Positions 1 through 14,778 are shown, counted from the first letter of the stretch. The stretch is DNA of 64,000 nucleotides from Bugula neritina (GCA_964035545.1 OZ037766.1:29824640-29888639), one strand, 5' to 3'. The notes: generated by a model not told the origin, from the sequence alone. Made by a program: numbers and translations.

Positions 1-2856
1 AGTTCAACAACTGAAAGCTGGTATAACTTCTGAAAAACTGGTTAGTATTTACATTTATTTTACAAGAATTTAATATTTTGATAATTAAATAGTTTCCAGA
101 TATGATGTTACCAATGGAAACTGATAAAGTAATTCAAAGCTAATAAAGTTGTCTTCTTTTTCAATTGAGCTGAGTTTTTTACAGAAAAGACTCATGCTGA
201 TAATATTTGCTAGAATAGTAATGTAGCACATATATAATAGCACATTTTAATTGCTAGTTTTGTACTTGAAATAACATTAAATACTATAGTGATATTTATC
301 AAATTAAAACAACACATGTACATCATTCATGAGAAAGAAAATAATTTCTAACTAACTTTAAAAAGATACCTAAAAGTTATATACTCATAACAGCATTGAA
401 GCTGCAATAGAAGTTCACTATTTTACTTTGTGTGTGTATCTAGATTTATTTGTTACCGTTAGAAATTTTTAAATAGCTATAACACCATTTCCCTAATATA
501 ATTTTTGATGTCATATGAGCAACAATTAATATGAACTCATAGGAGCGAACAAAGAGATTTGTTCAAGGAGGGAGTGCCAGAAGAAACGCCACTGATGAAG
601 CTCACCACGCCCCTTACAACTTTTGTGTACGAAGATGTCCTCCTGGCCCTCGTGGATTTCCCGTGAGTTGAAATAGTTTCTTATTTAATGAATGTTGTAT
701 TAAAATTGCAACAAATCTTCAGTATTTTTATTTTGTGATCTAGATTATCAAAGATAATTGTAGCTAGTAATAATGACGCAGGCTATATACTATTGTAATA
801 TATATTATAGTGTTGATGTTGAATGTGATACATGCATGCAAACTAAATAAATTTAAAAAAGAGAATGGTTTAATAAATGTATAAATTATTATTTTTTAAC
901 TTGGCCAACATGAGTATCAATCTGCAATTATTATTATTATTGATGTGAGCTTTTATTGGTTTACATACAACTGTTAAAAGATGTCTATATTAACTTTAGG
1001 GTAGAAAGGGAGAGAGAGGCTTTCCAGGCTTGACTGGTTTGCCAGGTCTAATTGGTTCACCTGGAATACGAGGGTTTCCAGGAGTCAAAGGAGAGAAAGG
1101 AAATGAGGGACAGATTGGTATCGAAGGCACCACAGGAGAAGTTGGACCTATGGGTAGTAAAGGAGAGAAAGGAGAAGCTGGTTTACAAGGCTTGCCAGGT
1201 GCTGCTGGTGCCACGGGGTCAAATGGTGTCAAAGGAAGCAAAGGAAATGTTGGTATGCAAGGGTCACAGGGTGCAAAGGGAGAGAAAGGAGTACCAGGGT
1301 TAAATGGATTAAATGGTGTAGATGGAGTGGATGGGATGAATGTTTCCAAGGGAGAGCCTGGAGAACCAGGGATTAATGGGATAAATGGGCAAAATGGAAC
1401 ACCAGGAACAGACGGTGCAAAGGGAGATGCTGGATTGCCTGGAAAAGATGGTGTTGATGGAGAGAAAGGCATTAAGGGAGATAGTGGAGAGCCTGGACAG
1501 AGTGGGGGACCAGGTGCAAAAGGTGAAAAGGGAGCTGCAGGAACTAATGGAGTTCCAGGTACTAACGGTAGAAATGGAGCAAAGGGAAGTAAGGGAGAAT
1601 TTGGAAATGCAGGTTTCAATGGTTTAAAGGGAGATCAAGGACCCGTTGGGTTACCAGGTACAGATGGCGTAAATGGTGTCAATGGGGAGAAGGGAGTTAG
1701 AGGGCCAGCTGGTGTACCAGGGGTGGCAGGTGCTAAGGGAAATAAAGGTGCAACTGGAGCTCCAGGTGTTAATGGAGTTAATGGTGCTCTAGGAGCAACT
1801 GGTGTTGCTGGAGAAAAGGGAGAGAAAGGAGCAGTTGGAGCACCTGGAATCAATGGCATAGCTGGCTCGGGCGGGGAAAAAGGAGAAAAGGGTAAATATG
1901 AAAATTTCAAACTCTTCAATGTTTCATTTGCAATTATTTTCTGGATACATTACTTTATACAGCAATTTATTATTGTGATGTTTGCTAAGATATTGCTAAA
2001 CAATTTTAAAATCATTTTTTACAGAATATAAAAAAATACTGAATGTCTTAAATAAATGTTTCACTCATTCATAAGCAGTTTGTTGTAAAGCAGTGTATCA
2101 TGTTTTTCGAATTTTAAAAATCAATCAGAAATAAATAGAGATCTATGTTATAAATTGAATTGTTGGAAGGATATTATAATAGCAATGTAACTTATATATA
2201 GAGTTATGCATATAATATATTTGTATACTAATAAAGTGTTTCATGTACACTATTTAATGTTGTAGGGGAAAAGGGGTTGCCTGGAAGGAAAGGAGAGGCA
2301 AATCAAGCAACCACAGGGGGCCAGGGTAGACTGTGAAATATATCAATTTAGCTTCAGATCCAAGACAATAATCCTCAACAAATACATTCTAAATTTAAAT
2401 ACTTTATTATATGCAACAAGATTCTGCTTGTTTGTCAAGTTGGCATACTTAACATTTATATATTATATAGCCTACTCTTTTTTTGTGAAAAGTGATAGTT
2501 TTGTATAACATGAAATTTGGTTTGGCAATGTGTTTTTACTTTCTTTGATTGTTTTCGATTGCCTTAAGCCTTTTCAGTATCAACAAGACTGTTTATGATA
2601 GCTTACTTCATTTATACACCCACTCGCTTGCACACACAATAGCAACTGCACTAAGGAAATTAGAATGGGCTGTTGTTTGTGACTGTTGACCGTTTTGTGA
2701 GGCATAGGTGTTGTGAACCTGGCTCATCACGTCTTGGTGACAGATGAATTCTCTTACCATGACCGACAATAGTTAGAAACAGCTATATTAAAACTAGTGC
2801 TTGTAAGTATAACCATTCATTTAGGTTTACCTGGTGCAGTTGAGGGTCTGTTTTAG
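1..2856 (+). CDS. Collagen (3' part, 5' end outside window); resembles a furin-shed MACIT-type collagen
   Basis: Inferred exons <1-40 (VQQLKAGITSEKL), 543-662 (ERTKRF...NFCVRRCPPGPRGFP), 1000-1891 (99 Gly-X-Y triplets with one imperfection, GMN-VSK-GEP), 2266-2325 and 2825-2856 (GLPGAVEGLF*). GT-AG sites and phases are consistent. Read-through of exon 4 would instead stop at 2336. A furin-type RTKR followed by Cys-Pro-Pro-Gly precedes the helix. Confidence 0.85.
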
Positions 2857-3297
2857 CTGTAGAGAATTAATAACTAATTATAGCTTATTAATACACTTTC
2901 AATAGCTGTGAACGTTGTGTAAGAGTTGTGAGGACACGTCAAGGACAAAGGGTTGAGGGTTTTCACATCAGCAACATTTTCCAGTGATCAAAATTAATTG
3001 AGTGAGTGATTATGTAAAATTTTTGGCCATAATGAAGAGTTGTCTGCACTACATGAATAACGTATAAGATGATGTGATAGACATCTACCAATTGTTGTAT
3101 CTCTCCCAAAACAAAGATTTTCACATCTCAAATTCACTGCATATAGAAGATTACAATTATTAAAAACCTCAGCAATATAATAAAGTTAGTTTAATAAACA
3201 TTAATTTATTATATAATCCATGATGCATATATAAAACAAATAATATATTTAATTATTTTCGTAAAAAAATCAAAACTTTTTTAGCATTTAGTTCTTT

Positions 3298-6200
3298 TCA
3301 AAACTGCCCAAACATAGATGTAACGAAATCTTTCATCTGTTCTTCTGGACATTTTTCTCTGAATGGAGGTTGATGTCTGGCAGGTTCCAGTTCCTCTAAC
3401 AGACAGAACCATTTTGGTTTGCCCAGAAATCGCACCTCAGCCACTTTGCCTACAAACATGCACACCTATTATAGCTAAACAGTGTAACGGATGTATCCCA
3501 ACTTTTTTATATAAATTATGGCAAGACCAGAATAAATAACTCTATAAAATACACTAAAATATACCAAAGTTATATAAACAAATTGAGCATCTTTTTTAGG
3601 AATAAGCAAAATTGTTTGATCTTGAAGTAATTGAGAAACTCTATACATAAATTTTATAAAATTAGCCTGCAGGCTAATTTTAGAGCTTGAAGCATTAGAA
3701 AAAATTCAAGCTTATTTTAACCAAATCTAACATCATTTTAAATTTAAAAATAAATGTTTATACTTTTTTTGAATTTTTTTCTTGATCCACAGTTATCGAT
3801 TTTTGGATGATTAAAAATAGAAAAGATTAGAAAGTCAATATTTCTGAAGTGAAACAAATAAAATGTCTATTTTAGCAAATCACATTTTAAAATCTTCAAA
3901 ACTAAAAACAGATGCACATAAAAAATAGCACATCTCCTTTTTGGGACGCAGAAATTAAAATACAACATAGTCACAGAATTACAACCATATAATATAGTCG
4001 ACCTTACTAAAGCTTCGACTATATATTTTAATATACAATATGTATTCTCACCTAAACTACCATATCTATTGGTGATGTCAACCAACATTCCAACATCCTT
4101 ATGAGTCACACCTCCCCAGTCTAGACGGGGTTTCTCCACAGACAACTTCACCTGTAAACCTAGCTCACTTTATCACAATACGACAAATTTTTGATTTAGT
4201 GATAGTTATTCTTTAAACAACTTTAAAAATAATATTTATAGATCAATGATGTGTAGATTTGCTATAAAAAATGTTAAAAATAAGTTATTGATAGTCAATG
4301 CAAGCTGAAAATAAATAAAAAAGTTGACATTTTAAAACCGTGCCATCGTACATCTCACCTGAACTTCATCGTCTAAATTTAGCCCTCTGACCAATTCCAA
4401 ATCTGTAGCCAATCCTCTCCAAGATTCATTTTCAGGAAACTCTACCGTTACCTTTTCTCTGCCTTGACTTCCCTTCACACTCCTCACTACACCAACACTG
4501 CTACCATTAATTCCATTCCAACCAGTGGAAGGTTCTGGAACACGTCTGGATGCTCTCACCTTGTCACCAACCTAAACACAATGGTAAACCAAACTTTGTT
4601 TTCTGTTAACTATAATTTTTTGCATGTCAGTTATACATATACAAGCCACTTATCATTATTTTGCTTGCAGGTGGTAATAACACTGAAGCTCACAATGGCA
4701 TGGAATTTTATACTATTATAGTTAGCTCAATGCCAGTCAATATTGTTCTATAGAGTACATAACAATATGAAATATTAAAATGTTAATGTTAATGTTAATA
4801 TTAAGGCTCATCTTCTACATAATAGTAATAAGGTAACTCAAAACCTCTGCTATGTTTACTGGGTGCCATGGTTAATAACAAATAATATTAATTAATTATA
4901 AACTACTAATAGTAAATAAATTAATTGAACAAAATAAGGAGCAAGCATTGTATCTAGAAAAAATAGAACAACTTTTATTAATGCAGCAGAATTACACAAA
5001 TTGACTGTATTAAATTAGATAGTAGCTACTAATTGGCTTATATGTTAATAGTCACATGATGCAAGTCTTTAAAGTCAAATTGAATGAGTTACGTAATTCT
5101 ATATGAATTTTAAAGCCAATAAGTATTTCATACAGCTTGTATCACCGCATAACATATTATCCAATAAAATAATGTTTTATTTACCTCAAAGCCACATCCC
5201 GGAACCAACTCTATCTCGTTGTAATTTCCACGCCAGTCTTTTAGATCTGGAAAGTCTACCATCACACTAACAGCTCTCTTTTGACCGATTCCCTTAGAAT
5301 GACTCAGACCCACGTTCTTCAAAACTCCATGACTAGATTTTGTCAAAAATAAAATAATTTTTCACTAATAACAGAAAATAATTATTCATAAATATATTTT
5401 TAATAGCCTTTTGTATGAAAATAAAGAGTAATAAGCGTTAAAAAAATTGCTTAAAACAAAGGAAACCAGAAATTGAATTTATACAGCTATAAGAATATAA
5501 ATTATCTATACATAATAATATACATTTGTTGTTTACTAAAATTATCAGTCATTGTAATAAATCAACAATTACATCATCTCCATTGGAGCAGTTTTGATAA
5601 AGTTTTAGTCTGCCTATAGTTAAAATGTTAAATCATACGCTAGCTATCTCTCCCCCAAATCTTGAGTTTGCATCATTGAACAAAGCTGGTAAAAACAATC
5701 TACTTTACCTGCCTTCTGCAGGTAGCTTGTTGGAGAAGGGATGAAATTCTCCATTTTCCCTTTTCTTCAGTCTAACTTTGCTTCCAATATAAGGAATGTT
5801 TTTGGCTTTCTCAACAGATCGAACTAAACTACCAGGAGGAGAGAGAAAAACATAATCTTCAGGAAAGATTACCCAAACCTGCAAGAGATTAGTGATAAAT
5901 ATTAACTATAGGTAATATAATTAGTATAGTCAAGTGCTTTGTGTTGGTTCATAAATCCTAAACGTAACTTAATTATAAAACTGAATATATTTCAAAAATT
6001 ATAAGACTTACTAAATCAGTAACATAGTACAAAATGATGTTCAGTTACATTTTTCTTAGTGTTGCTCTGTCAGTTATTTGATTTGCCCATTTATAAATGG
6101 CAATTGGTAAAACCCTCTTCCTTGCAGCTTGTAAAGCTAATTTTAAAATTTAAAAGCTTAAAATTTTACTCATGGTTTCATTTAATTGAATTGTTGTTTG

Positions 6201-9200
6201 GAGCCTTATTTAGTTTATTAATGTTTTGGATATGGAAGAGACTACTAATATAATTTAAGTAGGCAACATAGTTTATATATACTGCATAAAAAGTTGTCAT
6301 TTATCTGAATATTTCTATATATGCATTCTAATACAATCCTTTCCAGTACAATAATTGTAAAATATTTGTAAATATAGCACTGTCAATTTTCTTTCTTAAT
6401 TTTTTTTTATTATTTTCACTTCCATTCCATAGTAAAACCTTTATACTAACTTTGTGACATGTATGACCTAAGTTTGAAGTACACGAAGAAACAAGGAAAA
6501 AGACAATACTTACATACACATCCGACACGCCCCTGACGTCTGTTTCTGTCCCAGAGTACTCGATGATCTTACCACCAAATATACCAACACTTGAATATGT
6601 TACGTCAGAAGCTACCAGCTTCTTCTTGTATTCAGGAGTTAGAAACTCCCTGTTGAGTATCAGTCTCACACTATCGCCTTTCGTCATACTTCCGAACTCT
6701 CCTACTTCTACAGATGACAGGCTAAACATTTTCAAAAAACCGGTTATGCATGGAGCACTATAAGCAATTTTAAAACAAAATACTATTTGCATAATTGTTT
6801 AATCTAATATAAATGCTACGTCAGTAGTATTTTATCAAATTAAAAGTTTCAAGCAGAACAGATAATAAATAGTGGAGATAACTCCAGCATCTGAAATTGA
6901 TCAATAACAATCTGCTCAAATTTAAATTATGGCTAAGACTAAATTGCTTAAAAGGTTTTTGCACATGTGCAACTTCATATTTATGTATTTTAGTAAAACA
7001 CCGTTCACTTAAACAAAAGATCTATATAATTTATAAAAAATGTATTATTATTTTAATAGCAAATACTTTTAACTTCAATTCTGCAGAGATGCAATAGCTT
7101 GAAATTTACAAAAAATAAATCTATCAGAATTGGTTTACAAAAAAAATATTTTATGGCAGGTATAGAAGTTCAGTTATTACAAGGTCTATTAAACTTATTA
7201 GCATTGAGAATAGTATGTGAATTAGGATGCTAGCAATTCCTGTTCCATTCACGATTGCTGCATGCACCTATATGAGTATTGCACACAATTCAATATTTGG
7301 CCGAGTTTGAACACTAAAATCATTGTTGCACTATATAATAGCAAAACTTGAATAGTTTGTTCAACTTATGTAGTTTATATGGTGTGCATTTAAAAAATAA
7401 ATACAGAAAGCAAATGCAAAGATAAGAAAATCCTAATAGAATAACAAACTTACGAATTTTGAATAAAATCTTAAGAGGTATCATGTTCCATTTTTAGCCA
7501 TGTATGCTGGCTGCCCTGCATCTAATTTGCAGTTTTTTTATTATTAATTCAAATAACAAACTTATAGGCGCCTGCAAAGAAAAGCGATTGTTTTATAAGT
7601 TGTCTTTTTAGAATGCAAACGGTTATTTTTTATACCAGCCCTGATTGGTCACTCACCGGTCCAGGTTTTTGTGACACTCGCCATCACACTTCTTAAGTCA
7701 TCTAACTGCTTTTGAGCGTTAGCAAAAGCTGTTTGAGAACAGCCTTTGTTTGACAGCAACTTTTGCGCTTCAACCAATGCAGCTTTGGCTTTGCCAACTT
7801 TCTCAAAGCAGGGTTCATACAGGGATATCTTTTTGCTAAGTTCACTTGAAAATGCTCGAGCTCCGTTATCCACTGCTTCAATCTATAAAATTAAACTACT
7901 ATATTATTATCAATAAGTATTTTAGTAATATTAATATGATGAAAAAAAAAATATTATACGAAATATAAAGAGCAATAATTCAAGTCGACAATAAGTTTTC
8001 TTCTCTTAATTTCTACTACTTGATAGTCAACTCTTGATACATTTTCATAGTGACATGTACTGACAATTACATAAGTATTCATATTGTTGCTAATAAATTT
8101 TTTGTTTTATTATTTTGATTTATTTCTAGTTTTTTTAACTTTATAAAAACAAAATACCACACTGACATGCTTCATATGATAAACTTGCTGTCAGCATAAA
8201 TTAAAGCATAGTAATATTTTGTATGATGTATTCAGTTAAACTAAAAGAAACTTCTGCCAGAGTTCAGTAAAATTCAGTAAAATCCAGAAAATATGAAAAT
8301 GTCGGGCTTTAAAATATTAAGATAATTTGAAAAAGCATGATAGAAAGTTTCATACTTTTCATTATCACATGCATAAGGCTAGATCAAATATTATGATTTA
8401 TATACAGCATAAGCAATGCATAGGTAATACCTGTCAAAAGCAGCTGCAGAGTTTATTTTTGATAATTTTTAAAAATAAAAAAAAGTTCAAAAAATTTAAC
8501 CATAACTACAGAATTTACTAACAATTTAGAAATCAGCTGATAAATACCTTGTCAATGCTGCTTTGTTCGTCTCTCTTTTTATACTTTACAATAGCTTTTT
8601 TTGTGGCCTGGGTTTGTGCAGGTAGCTTTTCCAAAACCCCATTACATTTTTCTACCTGTTGCAACATGACAATACCATTGAACACATACATATATGCAGA
8701 TGTGCAACAAAATGAGATACAAATAGACATTTTAGTTACAAACTATATATAAGGTTTAAAAACAAGCAACTATAAAAGCAATAAAACATTTTTGGTGAAA
8801 GCAGAAATTAATAAATCTCATCACCTGAAATGAAAAATTAGTTTTTACTGGTACCCTAGCCTGTGGTGCAATTTATGCAAGTTAATTGTAATATAATGCA
8901 ATACAATATAATATATTAAAGCAATATATATTATAATAACACATCACAATATAATACAAAGAAATTTAAAATAAAAAAATATAATGTAGCATTATAATAT
9001 AAAGTAGTACAACATAATATAAGGCAATTCAATTTAATACTGTCTTTGATATAATAAAATAACTGCATACAATATTACTAACCATCGTTTTTACTTCTTC
9101 ATAGTTTGCTTCTGCCTTGTTCTTTACTTCATCAAAACTGTTACTCAGTTCCAAAAGATCGTCTTCAGAAATAAAAACACACACTATATTAAATGCCTTG

Positions 9201-10685
9201 AGTTTTTTACCCATTTATTGCAGAATTTCTTATATTTCTAATATTTATATAGAATTGAGGTAAACCAAGTAACACTGAATTGTTAAGCAGTTTAAAAGTT
9301 TCTTTTTTTTCTAGCTCTACTGTATTATTAAGGCTAAATTCTTGTGTAGAAAATTATCTCTTTATAGTTCTTATTACCCTCTGCATCTTTTTCATCAGTA
9401 TGAAGATTGCTGTCATTTTTACCATCAGCTCCCCCTGGTGTCAAAACTCTTTTTGACGGTTGCTGCATAGTTTTCTCTAAAATCATTCAATATAAATGTA
9501 TTAGACCTTAGACTTTACTCTGAAACACTCAAGTGTATTATACTTCAAAGTAAGGCAGCTGCTAATTCAGGTCTTACTACTAAGTCTATCAGAACTTCAT
9601 TACAGTTGGAGACCAGCACTAGATGTGCTATTTATATGATCTATATAGTCAATTTATTTACACTGTATTGTTGACAAGTGAAACATGTAAATAATGCAAT
9701 CATAATTAGCTGTTCTTTTTCTATAGTTTCAAAAACATTTCATTGTAAATTAGGTTAATATTTTTACATTTGAAAAATTTCTTAATTTTTTGATAGACAT
9801 ATGGGACAGCAATTTTTTCTACAAATATTTTTTGTAAAAGTTCTAAAAAAAACTATCATATAAAAAATACATCCCATGCATGCCTTTGTTTTCAGACATG
9901 ATTATTACTGTTTAGCAAGATGTACCTTTCTGTTTTGCTGACTCAGCAATATGCTCTGATGCTTCAGGGCTTTCAGAATCTGTCTTTTTAATGGTCAAAT
10001 CAAAGATCTGTTTAGTTAGCAGGCTGTCTGGAAGATTATCAAATCCTCCTTTGGGTACTGGATTTTCCTTCAAAAATATACCAGATAATTTTTGTGACTG
10101 CTTTAAGATAGCTGCAGACAAAACCTAAAAGTCGTGTGTTCGTGTGTTTGTGCGTGTGCGTGTGTGTGTGTGTTTGTGCGTGTGTGTGTTTGTGTGTGTG
10201 TTTGTGCGTGTGTGTGTGCGTGCATGTGTGAGTCAAGCAAAATTAGATTTAAATGTCTACAAAAACAGTTTCGAATTTTTTAATAGGTTGAGAGAAGTAT
10301 ATTATATAATGTAATAAAAGTCTAAACATGCATAGGTAAGCTACATGCAACTTGCCACTTTGCCACAAATTGCTTCAAGAGCTATAAACAAGAAATATAA
10401 ATTATATTATATTTATTCAAGAAAACAAAACACGGAACCAGAAATAGCAAAAGTTACAAGTATAAATATGCACAAAATATAATATAATACAAAATTTCAA
10501 AAGAGTCTTACCTTGTTACAAATAGTGCACTTAAATCGCTGACGTCTCACAGTCAGCTGTTTCACACAAGTCAGACATATTGTGTGCTGACAAGGCAGCG
10601 CTTTCAGAGTGTCAACTTCCTCCAGACAGACATTGCATTTGAGAAGATGTTTCAGGGAGTCCTCTATTGCCACTTTCTCTGCCAT
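3298..10685 (-). CDS. RING - coiled-coil - 4x HERC2/KEG-like SH3 repeat protein, paralog A1 (~601 aa), putative TRIM-like E3 ligase
   Basis: 12 exons: 10685-10512, 10067-9926, 9476-9378, 9162-9083, 8655-8548, 7882-7657, 6707-6514, 5878-5709, 5332-5185, 4571-4359, 4151-4052, 3449-3298. All are GT-AG with an open frame. C3HC4 RING CNVC..PCQHTICLTC..CTIC is followed by VPKGGFDNLP. Example repeat: VGDKVRASRRVPEPSTGWNGINGSSVGVV..VTVEFPENESWRGLATDLELV. Confidence 0.88.
10134..10231. repeat. (TG)n/(TGCG) microsatellite in A1 intron 1
   Basis: Imperfect GT dinucleotide run, seen directly. Confidence 0.9.
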
Positions 10686-11249
10686 CCTGATGTTTTTCTG
10701 CTAGTTAAGAAAGTGATATTTCCTTTCTCTTGTTCAATATCTCATACTTTTCTTGTCAGCATTTTAAGTCTTATGAAAATAGATTACCATAAAGCAACGT
10801 GTTTATAGTAAAGTTATTACTCTGGTGTATAATTTCAACATTTCACTATTACATATATTAGTCAAATTTTCATAATTGCTAAAACTAATAATAGCTTTTT
10901 AAAATTTTATTAAATTTTAAAGTTATTCATTACTACCCAGTACATTATAATTTATAAAATATTTATTAGCAATGGTAGGTACTGATGCTACGTCGCCATG
11001 TCACCCCCAAAACTTGTTTGATGTGGAGATGTAAATTTTTGCTTAGAATAAAATTGAATGATTAAGATAATAAAGCATGTTGATATTAATAATAATTATT
11101 TGTAATTTATAGCTTCAGCTTATAGTACTTGCAACTTATTTTTAATATTACAAAGTTTTGCTAGAACTAACCCTGTGTCGGGTAAAATTCATTGCATTTA
11201 TTACCTTTTTCTATAGAATAAGATCATTTAAAATTACCAGACTCTTCTA

Positions 11250-11365
11250 ACTTGTATAGTACTGTTGCTAGTAGCTTGTAGTAATGTTGCTATAGTATAG
11301 CTTGTAGTACTGTTGCTAGTGGCTTGTATATAGTACTTTTGCTAGTAGCTTGTAGTAGTAGTAGC
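11250..11365. repeat. Short minisatellite (~22-27 bp unit, tagcttgtagtactgttgctag) in the inferred A1 5' UTR exon
   Basis: 4-5 imperfect tandem copies next to the minus-strand donor at 11237. Confidence 0.7.
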
Positions 11366-11436
11366 AGCAGACGTGTAAGGCAATGGCTGAACTAGTAATC
11401 GCGCTAATGATCTCGTCACGCTTCAGCAAACAGGGC

Positions 11437-11574
11437 AAAATTCCCCCTCTCGTAATTCCCCATCTCGAAATTTCCCATTCAACTATGTTCAAGATAATAA
11501 TATTTTAATTGAGTATCATGCTAATATTCAGAAGTAAGGATAAATAGACATTGTTGTTTATATCGGGATTCCCC
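11437..11574 (-). promoter_or_regulatory. kappaB site cluster upstream of A1
   Basis: GGGGAATCCC on the minus strand (11574-11565), plus three weaker sites GGGAAATTTC, GGGGAATTAC and GGGGAATTTT at 11476-11437. Confidence 0.65.
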
Positions 11575-12488
11575 TTAATTGTACGATGTAACTCAGAGTG
11601 ACTGGAATTTTTCAATAATTATTCCCTTTAAATAAATAATATTTGAATAGACAAATAATCCAGCATGGAGTTTAAAATGCAGCAGTATACTTGCTAGGAG
11701 CCTGATATGGTGTATGTTTTACTCACTTACAATAATTATCAACAAGTTTTGCCAACATTCCTTGCCTAAATTATTTAAATAGAAACACTAGTATACAATA
11801 TAATAATCTTCTGCAACAATTAATACAATGACTTTCATGGATATATTCAAAGCTTTATCGCTTGCATTGTATCACTTTACTGCATCACTTGTAGCTCAGT
11901 CATCATTAACTATGACTTTCAGATTTATTTTTTTATTTAAATACTAGCCAACTTTAACTTTCTTCACAGTTTTTTTAAAGCTGAAAACATAAGATTGATC
12001 TTTTCACAGTTATATAATAAAAATTAATCCCATGCAGCTAGTATAGGGCCAAAAGTTTCTATGCAAATTAAACCTTGCTTCAAGCGCTCCAAGACGTAAT
12101 TTATTGTAAAGTTTTACTTCATCAACTTGTAAAAACTAGGCTCTGCAACATGGTTTGGCAGAATTATGTAGCAATTGAAATTATAGAGTTTATATACGAT
12201 GCTGGGTGCATGAACAATATTATTTTAATTCATTAATCATGGTTGCATCATCAGCTTTTTTTATTGACATGACCATGTTTTGTAAAAATTGTAAATAGTA
12301 TCTTAATTGTTTTTAAAAAAATTAAAAATGCAATGCAAGATTTTCCAACATATAGTTAGAGTAGATAGGAAAAAAATATTATTATGGAAAACACAAGCAC
12401 ACAAAACAAAAAGAAATATTACTGCTCTACGTAAACAGAATAACTGGTGTTTTCAAGACGCAGTTTTTCAGTGAATTTTTGAGTCCAA

Positions 12489-14731
12489 TTAGTAATCATC
12501 ATCCCAAAAACGGCGACGATTAAAAAAAAATTGATTTCTCAACATTTCCATTCTCTGTTGCCGAGCTAACTCTTCGCGATGCGCCATCATTCGCATGTAG
12601 AAAAGGGTTTGAAAATCAAGTCCTGACGACTCTTCATAGCTGGGTGGCTGGTATCGGGCAGGCTCGAGATCTTTGATTTGAAATGGGCGCTCTGGCTTTC
12701 CAGGAAACTTCACGCTTCCAATTCGACCTAGAAAATTGAACACAATTGTACTTTAGATACAATCAGCCTAAGCGTCAATTTTTCTAGATTTACTGAGCAG
12801 TTAATCAACCTCTTATTAATTCTCTAACTTAAGACATAGCGCTTTCCTATATACTAATAAAATGTCTTAAGACAGGAAGTGATGTATGATATACAGGAAG
12901 TAGTTTATGATACACATAAAGTAGTTTATCACTTTTCCATAAATAAGTGGCAGTTAGCCCAATGCAAATTATTGACTCATTTTTATGACAATGAGCCATA
13001 AATTGCGGCAATACACTGTGTTTTCATTTCTTTGCATTATATGCGAATAGATTTTTCATTCAATGTTTTGAAACAGGCACGTCATCGATGTTTTACAATA
13101 ATTACTAAAATTCATTTTATAGCATAGAAAGTAAACTTGCCCTTTTTTTCCAAAAACAACATGCTTTGTAAGACTTGTTAAAATTATATAAATTCAACAA
13201 TCACAATTATCATAAACATTTCACCTGAATCTCTAGAGCTCTCTACTTTCTCAACGAGCTCTCCGACATCTTCATGAGTTGCTCCTCCCCATCCAAGTTT
13301 GGGTGTTTCTACAGTCAGTTTCACCTGTCAGCATAATATACATGAATCTTTATATTCTCATTGAATTTTCGCGTAAAACCTATGAAAAATATATCGGGAA
13401 ACCAAATAATAATGATAATAACAATATCTAGTGTTAAATGTTACCTGCACTTTCTCCCCTTCAATAGGTTCTCTGGACATTTCTAGCTCAGTAGCTAACC
13501 CCACCCAGTCTTTGCATTCTGGGAAATCAACCGTGACCTCTTCTTGACCTTCGGCTCCTTCAATAGCTGTGATTTTTCCAACGCTACTTCCATTTACTCC
13601 GGCCCAGCCTCTGGATGGTTCGGGTATGTTACTGTTTACTCTTACTTCATCTCCAACCTGACAGGTGTAATATACTGTATAGTCTTATATAACTCACACT
13701 CACTCACTCAAGTTTATAGTCACCATCCCTGTGAGAAAACCCGTGATGGAAGGAGTTTTTGTTAAATTTTGCTAAAGACTCATTCAGATGGGGCACAGGA
13801 GCAATTATGACTGGATGCTCTTCCTAACATCATCAATGGTAGGGGTTCGAAGCCATGACTTTGTACTTACTAGGCAAACGATCTAACCTCTGGACCACGG
13901 CTGCTCTATACTATATACTCTTATATACTCGCATGTATACAATATTGCAGTATACACATACAGTACCCTGTTCAGTGTAATATATACTCCTACATTAATG
14001 TACATTATAGTAATATAATGCAGTTATATACATACACTACCAAATAAATCAAAGTCTATATACATAATTTCTTGTCTAGAACAATAGTTTACTATTAAAT
14101 ATTTGTTTGAGTATTGTATAAATGTATTATAATAATAAATTGCACCCATTTGAATAAATAAACTCTGATGTATCTAGTCTAGATTCAGTTTAGACTTGTA
14201 TGTTTCTTACCTCCAGTCCACAAGAAGGAGCAAGCTCTATCTCACTGTACAGACCTTTCCAGTCATGATTCTCAGGAAACTTCACAATCACAATCAAGTC
14301 ATTGGCAGGTTCTCCTGATTTTATCTCTTCCAAAGTGCCTTTACTAAATAGATTTATTTACTCACATTAAAAAACCAGGAACTCGTTTAAGCTTTAGTGT
14401 GATTTTCTTGCATATTATCATCAAATTAACAAAAACTCAAATTTTCTTAAAATTAAAGTTTCATTGTTTTGAATTAGGCTACAGAAAGTTCCTTGATATG
14501 TTTGAAGACAACATTTATAAAGTTGAAATAGAATATATTTTATACGTAAACCTGAATAAAAAAACTTGAACCCAATTAACAAATCAATTGCTGGATTTCC
14601 TTCATTATATAGAATTACATATAGCATACAATAATTGCAAATGCATATTGCAGACAAATTCAATTTTAGTGCATGCATCCAGTAAATAACAATAAATTTT
14701 CATTTGAATAGAATTTTTATATATTATATAT

Positions 14732-14778
<47 letters not shown>

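Noticed and set aside
996-1919. Pro/Phe-rich minus-strand ORFs and shifted-frame plus ORFs over the collagen exon
   Set aside because: These are shadows of Gly-X-Y codon periodicity.
7453-7571. Possible extra (poison) exon in A1 with good AG/GT sites
   Set aside because: It has an in-frame stop, no counterpart in A2, and the flanking exons join in phase without it. There is no transcript evidence.
10039-10236. His/Thr-rich ORF (and the Ile/Tyr ORF at 34089-34403)
   Set aside because: These are translations of microsatellites.
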